Positions 12,101 to 24,500 of a stretch of DNA of 32,288 nucleotides are shown one piece after another (position 1 is the first letter of the stretch; each line of letters starts with the position of its first letter). The position numbers were made by a program, and so were the translations under genes. Source of the DNA: Catajapyx aquilonaris. Its lineage: Eukaryota. The stretch covers positions 1 to 32,288 of the forward strand of contig KZ539142.1 of the NCBI GenBank assembly GCA_000934665.2. The letters run 5' to 3'. A model generated the notes under the pieces. It had not been told where the DNA came from. It searched no databases and was given only the letters and a program-made list of their open reading frames with translations.

Positions 12101-15100
12101 TCACATATTAGCAATCCCACTGGGTCACGTGTGCTTCTGGGAATCATGTGGCGTTGCTCTATCATTTGCATCGTGCTAAAAAAAATCAAAGGCAGACAAA
12201 ATTACCTTCTGGTTAAGTGCTTTGTGGCATCTTTCAAATGCACTGTACACACAACAACTTCGTTCCAGTTTCAATATACTGTATACAGATATGGGGCATT
12301 CTGCGTCAACAGCCACCCGTTGCTGTGACCTTCTCCGATTTTGACCAAATTCGAGTATATTGTAGTGCCCTTATATGTTGAAGAGAAACTGTCAAGATGG
12401 TGGCACACCTTCCGATATGCTCTAAGTAGGAGGTGAGAGCTCTTATAAACATGAGAAATATGCAATAGAATATTTCAAAACTAGCGCTATAGGATGCTTT
12501 TTGAGAGGACAGTTGTAGATCTATAATGCACACAAGGTGGTCCTTCCACCCTCACTCCTCTACTGTCGGATTCTTTGGACCCGACCTTTTGTTGGCTCTC
12601 TTTTCTTTTTTGAATAAGTCCAACTTGTACAGACTTTTATAATGGTTGGCTCTTCAAATATACAGGGTGTCTAAACTTTTTTGTCCGAACAACTATTATC
12701 CGAAATATTGCACTAAGCTGCTTATGTTTTAGCAGTCACTTGCAACCAGTGATGCTTCCCTGGCTTTATCAGCTGAGGGATGTGCCAGGAATGTTGGGGC
12801 ATATTCTGGCTACATAGCTAGAAGATACATAGGCTTTTCCGATAAGGGGTCGTCCATATACCACGTGACCGTTTTGGGGGNNNNNNNNNNNNNNNNNNNN
12901 NNNNNNNNNNNNNNNNNNNNNNNNNNNNNNNNNNNNNNNNNNNNNNNNNNNNNNNNNNNNNNNNNNNNNNNNNNNNNNNNNNNNNNNNNNNNNNNNNNNN
13001 NNNNNNNNNNNNNNNNNNNNNNNNNNNNNNNNNNNCACGTGAAAAAGGGGGGGAGGGGGGGGGGTTCCAATGGATACCACGGTCGGTCACTGGGGGGGAG
13101 GGGGGGTCAAAAAGTGCCCGACAATCGGTCACGTGGTTTATGGACGACCCCTAACTGTTCAGACAAAAAAGTTGAGACACCCTGCATACTGGCAATGGTG
13201 ACCCTCACATGCATTTCATATTAGAATTATATATATATTGTTATCACTTCGCAACTGCAATATATGTAAATGCTCATTAGCTATTCAAAATGATTTTTTT
13301 AAACCTTTTGTTTATTTACATTGGGGTAGGTTAGCACACCCTGCCAAACATAACACTGTGTTTGGCAAAGTATAGCCACCATTGCTTTGCGCCATTAAAA
13401 GCCCAATCAATCAATCAAACAACTGTAACTTCAGAGAGTTTCTCAATAGGTGGAATGCGTGTTGGACAGCACCTACTTAAAGATCGTGGCACCCTTCAGC
13501 CATGTGCCAAGAAAGAGAAGAGCTGTCATATTTTGAGCTGAGCAAGGGACAAAACCCATTGGAATGTATTGACAAATGCAAACACAAATGGATTTGCCAT
13601 GCATCTCGCAGTCACATGTCTAGTGAGTAGTGTAAAAAATTCCCGGTGTCACTGCTCAATTTGTCTGGCCATGGTTAAGCTATTTTCACCTCGCTGGAAT
13701 TTTTTACACAACTTGTAGGCAAATGATTGCGAGCTAATAGGAACACCATATTTAACCAGCATTTGAGCATACATTTCGATGGAGTTTGGCGCTTCTATGC
13801 ATGATACTGAATAACCACTCTCTCCTCCTTGGTACATGTCTGAATGGCACTATCATCTAACCCTTTGTCTCCCATGCGATTTTGAACTCTTCGGGTGTTG
13901 TATATCGAGAGAGAGCAGCAACCGCCTCATAAACTATGCACAAGGCAGTGACGTCATCCTATTGCATCATCTACGTGATGTTTTAAAGGCGGCTTCTACC
14001 CCTCTAAGAAATCCAAGAAAATTCTCTATCCTTCTGAGACCTGATGTGGTCAGATGTCGACATCAGGAAAAAAATTTTTGGCCCCAACTAGTGTTGCCAA
14101 CAGAACTGTAATCTGTTGGTATCCCATGATTACAATCTGGCCTCAATGTGTAGCCACCTAGTGTCAAATAACTGACTTTGGCCGCAAAGATTAAATCACT
14201 CTTGAAAATGGTGGATGCCGCTGCTGAAGCTGGGCGTTCATCTGATAAGTTTATTTTTTCCTCACATTTAGAGTGCGATTTTCGTCAATGCAGAATGTCA
14301 TGGGATTCGCAAGGAATGTGTATTAGGAAATATGAAAAGACGTGTCTGTGACAATCTTTGTTGCTGTAGAGAACTGGTAATTTTCTTTTCTTCCCGAAAC
14401 CAAATTTCCATTTAAATGGACACCCACAAAAAAATTTTTTTAGTTGAATGGGCTGTGACTTTTCTTTAAGTGCCTGCTTTGCGCTACAGTTCAGTTTTAA
14501 AATCTAGAATAGCGAGGGACCATGCTAGGAGGTGAGAAGGGAAGGAGCAAGCCCCAATGCCTGGAATGGTGGCATTCAAAAATAATTGCAGCTTATCTTT
14601 AATTGTCTTAAGACGAATGTTGCTACCACGAATTCCACAAATGAATTTAACCCTCATAGGGCGGGCATGACATACATGTCATGGCAACTTTAAAAAATTC
14701 TGCCGACAAAACTATAGCGTTTTTCCACTGTGTAACGTGGTTTCTGTGTGGCTTTTCATATTTTTTCTCCCGTAAAAAATCACGAATTTTGGACTACAAA
14801 ATCTTGCATAAATAAACCAGATTAACCCGTTTAACTTGAATGACATCATCTTTTTGCGGCCGATGAAAAAAAACTCCCCCCCTCCCAAAAAATTACTGTA
14901 TTACCTCTCATATTGCGACACGCCGGTATAAAACGAGGTCTAACAGCATGCCAGTATAACCTGCGGGTGGCCCGCATGCCCTAATTACCAAGGTAGATTT
15001 CTGTAATTTTGATCCTTGCCAAATTTTTTGGAATGCTTCTGGTACCATACTAAAATAATGTTACAATGAAAATGGGCGAGTCTACAGCTGTAAGAATATG

Positions 15101-16732
15101 TCAGTTCTGTTGCACAGTGCATTAAAAAAATGTAGAGTATATAACCAATCCCATCGTCAGCCTGCTTTGACAGGGGAACCCCCTTCTCTAACATACAGTT
15201 TAAAGAGAGATTATTGCCAAACACTGCAATTGAAAACAATATATGGCGTATGGGTACCCTATTTGGAAAATGTGCCTTTTCGATGGCCTTTATGTGAATT
15301 TCGATTTTCAGGCAAATGTCAAGTTCAGAAAGGATAATGTAATTTATGTGAAAACCTTGCCTTATACCGGCATACCTCGCCCTATACCGGCATGGCGGTA
15401 TAGCCACCAGATCGTGCATTTCTAAAAACTGGTCGACCTCGCCTACACCTGCATGCTGCAATATGAGAGGTAATACGGTATGACCTTGGCTGGCAAATTT
15501 TGAGATATAAGAGTTGCCCCCAAACCTCCTCAAGAGATTCCACCCTAAAATTAGTGCAAAAGATAATTCAGTAACTTTAAAATAAATAAATAATGCTCGT
15601 AAATACCAATTAGCAGCTGGCGGGCCACTGCACAACTCCCTCCCGGCCTTTGCCAAGATGGAAGGGCGCATGCCCCGCAGGGCTTTTGAACACCTGTGGA
15701 GCGAGGCAGGTTTCCACTCGGGTGGGGGGTATATGTATCTTTCTGTAGCTCGGATTCCTATTGTGTGATGTATTATTCATGCATACTGGTCTGTTCAGCA
15801 GCGCCAGGGCGACATACACATATACTTCAGGTTAGCGCAGGAGTGACAAAAAATTGGAAAAAAAATAAATAGGCGCGAAACGCACCCCTGATGCATACGA
15901 GTATGTTGAGACTTTTAAGAATTTAAATCTCTGCATGGTATGGCAAGAGGGTCCCATAAATGGCCTCAGGATCAAGCCTAGACACTACACGATGTTACTC
16001 ACTAGATTAGTCACGTGTGGTCCCTCAAATGACAATGTAAGCTATTTTTTTGCAGATTCTTGCAAAACCGTGAAAAAAACCGCCCCTCTAATGAGGTATT
16101 AGGGTTACAAAACATTGTTTGGAAGATAGAGCACTATGTTAGTGATCCCTCAAGTGGCATTTAAATTTTCAGCTTTCATCTGTTCTGCTTTTGTAGCAGA
16201 AATTGGGTCCTAATATTCTCATTGGTTGTGTCATTATTTTTGTCAATATTTTAGAACTATAATTTTTTTCTCGTTTCTTATTTGGATAATGTTCAGAAAA
16301 TGCCATAGGAACTGACATTGCGTTACTCAATTCTTCTCAGGTCTCAGGAGGATATGGTTGCTCAGTCCCTCTGATGAATTATGAAAACATTAAGTGTCAC
16401 TAGGGAAGGCGAAGTGGCGCTGCGGTAACGGATGCGCCCACGGATGGAAGGGTCCCGGGTTCGATACCAAGCCTGGGCATTCCCCCCTTTCATCTCGTGC
16501 GGAGTTCGGGGTCATCTCCTGCTTCGTCTAGGGTGGGATTTCCGATAGATGATGAACCATCCGGGGGAGTTCACAAAATGACCATAGTGCTGACATTGCC
16601 CTGCACATTCCACATCCCCTACCAGTCACCCGGTCCCTGGACCAGGGCGCTTCGTCGAAACATGACAAACTGTACTACCTTGTGGCAATAAAGGTCCGTG
16701 CAAAACCTCATATGAGGTACGCACTATACCCA

Positions 16733-16797
<65 letters not shown>

Positions 16798-18547
16798 GTG
16801 TCATTAAAATCTTTTTAAAAGTCCAGTTTAAACAGAGGTAATGTGATCACCTGGTTGCAAAAAAAAAGGCAGCTCAGGTGGCAAGCGGGCAACACCCCAA
16901 GCTCCTAGCAGTCCGCACGGCCAATTAGGTGCGAGGGTGCTTTATAGTTTATACGACCAAAATGGTTCCAGAGGAGATTGCCTACCTTTTACAGATCGTT
17001 CGGATTTCCTCTCCCGGCGAAATGTAAGTCGCAGAATTTCGGGATTTTTAAAAATGGTTTTTAGCTGGACGTCCACATACCGGGAAATAAGGAGCAGGGA
17101 GCTGTGTGTATTTAAATTCGTGTAATAGGTGTTTGTTTCAGGTTGTTTACCATGAATTAAACCTTCGGCTTATGACGTCGTACCATTAAAAATATCGCGC
17201 GAGTGGCGTAAATACACATGAACATAGAAACTATGAACATCTCTGAACACTATGGTGAAAGAAATTTCTGTCAAGGTTATACCAGTGAATTTAAAGAAAT
17301 TATTTTGTTTAGTTGTATTGCTTATACGGTTGACATCAATTGGACAAGGAAATTAGTTAGTCTGCAGCAAACCATGAAAGATATGGAGGTCGTAAATGAT
17401 ATTAATAAGTTAAAACTCTCTAAAATAAATTGTAGCAAAATTGGATTATACGCAGAAAATAGATACATGGTGGCCAACTACATAACTGCAACTCGACCGA
17501 TTAATCTAACAAGAATGCTAGCTTGCCTAAGATTGGGAGCGAGGTGGATGTCATTGGGAAAAGACAGGAAAATCACTATCGTGCCTGAAGAGAACTGAAG
17601 TTTATGTTATCGGAAATAAAGGCGATTGGTTCCATTTATGGTGGGAGTGTAAATTGTTTGAAGGGGGGAGAGGGAAGGTGAGAGAGGTGTTTTCGGAATT
17701 CGACAGGGATAATCTATCAAGGGCATTGTTGAACCCCTCGTATGAGCAATTGCGGGCACTTTCTTATTTTTTTTCTTACCTAGCGGACTGGGTGCACAAT
17801 TGTTAATGGAATTGAGTTACAGTGAGAGGTACATGTCCTATCTACTTAATATCCTTTACATGAATTGGAAAAGAGGATAAGTGACACTTTGATTTGCCCT
17901 CAGCTATTTAAGAGGGACACTAACCAAAATTAGTGTTCAGAATTATGGCAATGTTGGCCCATTCTCAAATATTTGATTGCTGTTTCCATCTGTCTGTGGG
18001 CTATTAGAATGAACTTACTTGGTGATATCTGTGGGTCTGTTGTCTGCAGCCTCAAGTGATAAAGGCACCACGTCTGGATCATTCTCCATATCGTGGTCAT
18101 CTTCCGGTGAAAAGGTTGACCTCTCTCCAGAGTTCTTATTTTCATGAAAAACATATGCTTTGAACATATTCCCCAAGGAAATTAATAAATAAGGTGAACT
18201 TACATATCCATCCCGATGCTGCTTCCGACTTTTATTTGGCTGAAGCTTCCTTTCCATGTTGCCCACTTGCTCCTAAAAGATGCAGACACATAAATATTTT
18301 GTTGCATTCAAATCCCCAACAGCTCCTTATCTCTCTTCAAACTGGCAAAAGGTATCTTTATCTTCATGTTATACATGAAGACCTCGGGAGAAAAAACCAT
18401 CAAGGTCCACCTGAGGTGAAACTGAGATAATCCTATTTTAAATTTCGAAGGCCCATAAGGTTCCATTGTAAATCCCACTTTCAGGGCTTTCCATAGTGAC
18501 CTATGATCATTACTCCACAACCACGACCAAACCATCATATTCTACAC

Positions 18548-18594
<47 letters not shown>

Positions 18595-21500
18595 TTTATT
18601 GCCCCGCCCTGGGCCAGTTTGCCCTATGGGCGGGGGATTCCCCTTTTACATTATCCAGAACGATGTCACAGAATTTGAGTTTACTGCTTGCTGCACAAAA
18701 AAATTTTAATAATTGATATAGTCGGTATTCCGGGATGTTAACAAAAACAAAAAAATATATCCTGTGGTGGGATTTGCGGAAAATCTTTTAGGAAAAATGA
18801 TCTCTCGTCTGGAAAAATTGGCAGTCATACAGAATATGGAACAGATCGAAATTCAACGTATTACAAAGAGTACAAATTTCATTTGGTGAAAAAACAAACC
18901 TGATAGTCATCGAGCCAAATCTTTTGAGTTGTTTCTCAGGTTTACCAACAGACGTGTAATACTGATAGGAGAGTTATAATTGAAATAGGTTTCTCTTAGA
19001 TAATCTTCATCTTTAAGACGGGTGGTTTTTCGCGTTTTTGCAAGTTTCTGCAAAAAATTCGCTTTCTTTGGGACTTGGGGGACGAGACTTGACAACACTG
19101 GTGAATAAGATCGTATAATGTCCAGGCTTAATCCTGAGGCCATCTATGTGACCCTCCTCTCATGCATACGCAGTGGAAACTCTCAAATGCAAAACGAGGT
19201 GGCGCAGATGGGTTTGTTTCGCGCATGCTCCAATTTTTTGTCACTCTGCTTGATTGACAAAAAATTATCGGTATGTAGCCTTGGCACCTCTGAACAAAAG
19301 CCGTACATAAGCACATAGCATGAATTACAGCACAGGCCTCCCAAGCGAGCTGTGTTGACAAACACTCACGAGTATAAACATCCTTCAGCAACAGCTATTC
19401 ATCGGCTTCAGGGATACATAAGTTGCATTTTCAAAAGGTATACTGCACTGATAAGAATAATGTAAATGTCATTCAAGTAATATTAAATGTGTTTCCTAGC
19501 GCCACACTAACAGTGCCTGTAAGTGGCCAGGAGTTCCTTTTCACCTGTGTCAGGAAGGTCTCGGACCCACGCCTTGGAGGCGTCTGGCAACCTAACCTCC
19601 AGGGAGACTGCACATGACCTTGTTTCTGACATTGCACTTGCACCTGTGTCTCCTCCCCAAAAATCCCCATCCCTACCTCATGTCCTTTCTTCCCTGCACG
19701 GTGTCTGAAGAAAACATATATAGAAAATTGAAGGTCATGGTGGTGTTCCACCCCCCTAAGGGACAGCTGATCTCTCTAACGGGGTTAAGAAGAAAAAAAA
19801 GAAAGAAAAAAAACTTTACTGGTTATTTATAAGAGAAACTATGGGGCATTTTTCTTGCACTCCACATAAAAAGGAGATGGAGAGTTGACTTTATGGATGA
19901 CATAACAGGGAAGGATTCGCACCAAACAACCCAGGGGAAGGGAGGAGGGAGCAGAAAACCAACATGGTAGAAGAAATCAAGTAATAATTGGAATTTCGAT
20001 ACTGCTATGGTCTGCCTTGCTTTTGAAGTTTATGACACCTGGCATGAGCCCAGGTTCAGAGTGAAGCAGAAGCAACAAATCTGGAAGTGAATACAGGGAT
20101 TGTCAAGGCATCAGCCATTTTGAATGACTGGTTGAGGGTGCTCAATGGGTGCCACCACGTTGTTGATATTGTGATATAAACTATTCTCTCCATCTCTTAC
20201 ACTTACCACTTACTCTTACACTTACGGGAGAGTTGGAGAGAAGTGCCGATATCATTAACGACTATCCCTCTTCAGAAAAGTGAACAAGAAAAACATGGCC
20301 TAAGTGCTGGTGCCTTTCAATAATGACTTGTAGTGATTGGGGCGACACGGTGCCAGAGTGGTTAGCGCCACAGCCTTCCACCTCTAAGGTCCCGTGTTCA
20401 ATCTCCGGGTCGGACGGAGGATACTTATGTGGATAGAGTTTCGATGGGTTCTCTCCGTGTTCGCGTGGGTTTTCTCGGGGTTCTCCCGTTTCCTCCCACA
20501 ATCAAAATCCATCACAGCGCAGGCAATGATTAAAGTCAGGTATTTAAAAGATGATCCCCTAAGAGGGCCAAGGAGGCCTATCACGGGGTATCCATTATCA
20601 TTATCATTATTATTATTACTTGTAGCGATTGTTTACATGGGAAACTAAGTGACTGATGACAGGCAAGAATGATAAGATGGTGGTACTGCCATACACCCCA
20701 TTTTGCTATGTTGGGCCAAATAAAGAAGGACTATGTGCATTTCAAGGCAACATATTCTGAATTTTACTGCAAACATAGCATCCTAAAACAGGGTATGACA
20801 TGGTCACCAGCATAAATATTAAAATATCTATGATTGCCATTTAATATCAACAAACTCGCGAGATCATATGTGAAGCTAGCTAAATTACTTAATGTCAGCA
20901 AGGATCTCTTGGAAAACATAGGCATTACACTGTCTCACAATGCATTTGAATTTTTTACCGTATTACCTCCCATATTGCAGCATGCCGATGTAGGTGAGGT
21001 CGACTAGTTTTTATAAATGCACGATCTGGCGGCTATACCGGCATGCCGGTATAGGGTGAGGTATGCCAGTATAAGGCGAGGTTTTCACATAAGTTACATT
21101 ATCCTTTCTGAACTTGACATTTGCCTGAAAATCCAAATTCACGTAAATGTTGTAAAGGCTATCGAAAAGGCACATTTTCCAAATAGGGTACTCGTACCAT
21201 ATATTGTTTTTAATGGCAGTGTTTGGCAATAATCTCTATTTAAACAGTCTGTTAGAGATGGGATTGGTCATACACTCTACATTTTTTAAATGCACTGTGC
21301 AACAGAACTGACATATTCTCACAGCCTGTACACTTGCCCATTTTCATTGTAACATTATTTTAGTATGGTACCAGAAGCATTCCAAAACATTTGGCAAGGA
21401 TCAAAATTACGGAAATCTACCTCGGTTATACCGGCATGCTGGTCGCCCTCGTTTTATACCGGCATGCCGCAATATGAGTGGTAATACGGTAATGCAATCA

Positions 21501-24500
21501 CCGCTGTTGCAGATGAAAGGAATTGTGATTCACACGATGGCTGAGTGCATTATTCTAAGTTTTATTAACAAATGGATGGTCAATGTAAGAGTTAATTATT
21601 ATTACCGGTACCTAGCAAATGCTCCATGATGTAATTCATTTTCTTTGCAAAATCACCTGAATCAGAATGTTTTAGTCTCATTATCTCTAAAGCTGCTGTG
21701 ACTAGATTTCCTATGCCATTGCCAGCGGAAGGGCGCAGATCATATCAATTACCGAAAAGCAATTAAGAAGTGACCAATTTTACCTAGTTCCAGTAAGCAA
21801 GGCAGTACGCAGGGGGCCATTGTTGCGCAAGAACACACCCCGAAACTCAATATACCGATACATTTCTTGTGAACTGCCATCCTTAACTTCTGTAATGTCT
21901 CACAATAAACTTTTGGCTTGAAGAAACGTAGCAGCATGTTAAGTTTCGGGGTGTTTTCTTGCGCGACAATGCCCCCCTGCGTGCTGCCTTGCTTACTGGA
22001 ACCCTGCCGCAACAATTCAAGTGAGAATTTGTTGATCACCTGGGATTTAGAGCATAATGATTACCGCTTGTCCATGGACAGGGAGAAATGGCTTGCAAAG
22101 CAGAAGGTTGATGATGACGAGGAATTGCAATCCAGCATTCAGGGATCGCGGAAATGGCTGGCGGCAGACTATGACATAGGCATACAAAATTGTGTGTAAC
22201 TCAATGAAAAATGCCTCGATTTGGCAGGAAACTATTTTGAAAAAAAGTAGACAGTTGTCGATTTCAGATGTGTAAATAAAACTTCTGGGGGTGCATTGTG
22301 GTTATTCTAATAAAAAAACGGAACTTACTTTCTGGACGTGCCTCGTACATATCAATTTTCATAGGGAACCATACAATTATTAAAAAGCTATTGAGGAATG
22401 TTTGGGTTTCCTAGAGAGAGAATCATCCTGTATTTTCATGAGCATTAATGATGGCTTACCTCTTCAAATTCTTCCTCTAAGCTGTTTGATATGAAGCTCG
22501 TCTCATTATCATTATATTCTTCTGTTCCAGTCATGTAATCATTCTGGATGGCCTTGACTATTTCTTGATCTTCAGTAGGAGCCTTAAACCCACCATTCAC
22601 ATGCTTCCCTTCTCCGTCAGCTGATTGATCAGTAGTGCTTTCCTTCGGGTCAGAAAAACCACCATTGTCATCTAGGTGGGGAGTGTCTTTCATATCATCA
22701 TTCTTGTCATTTGAATTGGCCCAAGAATGCTTGGTTGTACTTGGCTCTGCCTGTTCATTACTATCATAATATTCATGAGGTGAATCAAGATGACTTGTCC
22801 TTGGAACCAATCCTTGAGAATTGTCGATATCAGTCAAATCAACCTCAGTGTGGGAGTCTGTCCAAATGTCTGTAGTGGGCCGAATCTCATCACTGAAGGT
22901 GGGCCTTCTGGGTGCCTGACCCTGCAGTCGCCCACGCAATAAGAAAAGCACTCTATGTCTGAAAGGCCGTCTACACTTGCTACAAATGTAAGGCTCAGAT
23001 GGTTGTTTGCATGAGCATACCATTTTACTTTGTGGCACCTTAGAGCAAGCCTCATCGCCACAGGAAGGTGACCCTTCAATGTGTGTTGGAGCAATATGTG
23101 ACAGTAATAGCTGAGTATCATATTTGGGAGAAGGTTTCACACATTCTAGGTCTTGTGTGTCTGCCGGAAGGGAAAAAGTGACCCGCCTGTTCTCCTTTAA
23201 TAGTGACTGAACAACTTTCTTCTCAGTTGACCTTGGCAACAGTCGAGGGTCACGGGCAGCCCCTAACGAACCCCGTGTAGGGGTTGGTGTTTCCAAATGC
23301 AATTGACTTTCTGGCCTTTCACAACCCACCAACGCTTCTGTGGGCAACTGGGCTGGCAAGCTGGAGGGACCTTCCTTTCCTGCAAATGGAATTGAGAGAC
23401 ACTCTGTAGACAGTTCAGGTGCACTTGCATAGAGTCTTTTGCATGGCTGGATGTTACTTGGAAGTAACCCTAGGATCAAAAAGTTCCCGGAAGGTAGCGA
23501 TTGAGAAGGGGAGAGATGCGCTTTTTTGGAGTATCTGCACACAATCCTAATGAGGCAGTGTGCCAAGTGGAATTGCCCTGTGTACATCTGAACGCATCTC
23601 GCCCACGCTTCTGAAAACCCACTGCATGTCTACTTGTCAATCCACAATGTGCAGGCAAGTTTATGGATAAAGATTTGCGTGAAGCTCGGGAAATATTCAA
23701 CTGAGGCACTAGGAAAGCTTCATCAGGCTTCTCGTGATCAAGCTTTAGGCCACAAGCACAATGTTTTGAGTTGCAATTGCCTTTCAAGTGTGGTCAATGT
23801 CAATTGAATGTCACGTGCACTCGGGAAGACCACACATCAACACAGCCTCTGAAATTTCGATAAATCATTTGTGAGGACCACCTCCATACTATTCATGAGA
23901 TCTGTGACAGAGATGGGATTCAGTTCCAGGTCATTCGTACCTATGAAATGAACCTGCATTGTGGCATGTCCCTAGGCTTCTGACACCTGACCAGAAACAG
24001 TGGTGCCTCGACGTGTCCAAGAGCTTTGAGAAACTGTAAATGGCAACTCAGCATTCATAAAAGGCGATGATATTTGTCATGGCAACCTTTACACTGGAAA
24101 AGCCAACTTTAGTCACTTGTGATGCACACACAGTGCTCGTTTTTGTCAGCATCACAGGATTGACGTGTAGACGTGCAATGGGTTCACAAAAGCGCGTTCG
24201 AGACGCGTTCAGATGTACACAGGACAATGCCACTTGCCACACTGGCTAATTAGGACTGTTTGCAGGTACACCTAAAAGCGCATCTCTCTACTTCTCAAGG
24301 TGGCCAAGTAATCAGTGCATTCCGGGAACTTTTTGATCCTACTACACTACCGGTCAAAAGTTTAGCATCACCCCCAAGCTCCGGTTTTTTAAATTTCTCA
24401 AGCCTAAACTTACAGTATAAATTGAAAGTGTGAGGCACCATTGAAAGCATAGTGAATAACACTACAAACCAAAAAAGGAACGGTCATTCTAGGTTCAACA

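Larger units (their letters stand above)
12190..16370 (-). pseudogene. Possible decayed coding segment inside intron 6, interrupted by TEs
   Basis: Frame 14503->13526 has 8 stops in 326 codons (6 TGA, 2 TAG, no TAA); phase-2 acceptor at 16371; the segment 12660->12190 is read in the frame of exon 7. Confidence 0.35.

Noticed and set aside
14985..15671. 228-aa ORF
   Set aside because: It spans the junction of two non-coding MITE families, and other copies do not keep the frame.
21612..21656. Candidate micro-exon (DFAKKMNYIMEHLL)
   Set aside because: It is open as phase 1 to 1 but has a stop in phase 0, which the exon 4/5 junction requires.
23470..23787. N-terminal part of the 380-aa ORF, and ORF 23476..23787, as BRCA1 coding sequence
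   Set aside because: This is the antisense strand of the mariner-derived arm, upstream of both candidate acceptors.
21787..24341. Composite mariner transposon that captured exon 4
   Set aside because: The inner TIRs face away from the exon and differ in sequence, indicating independent insertions.
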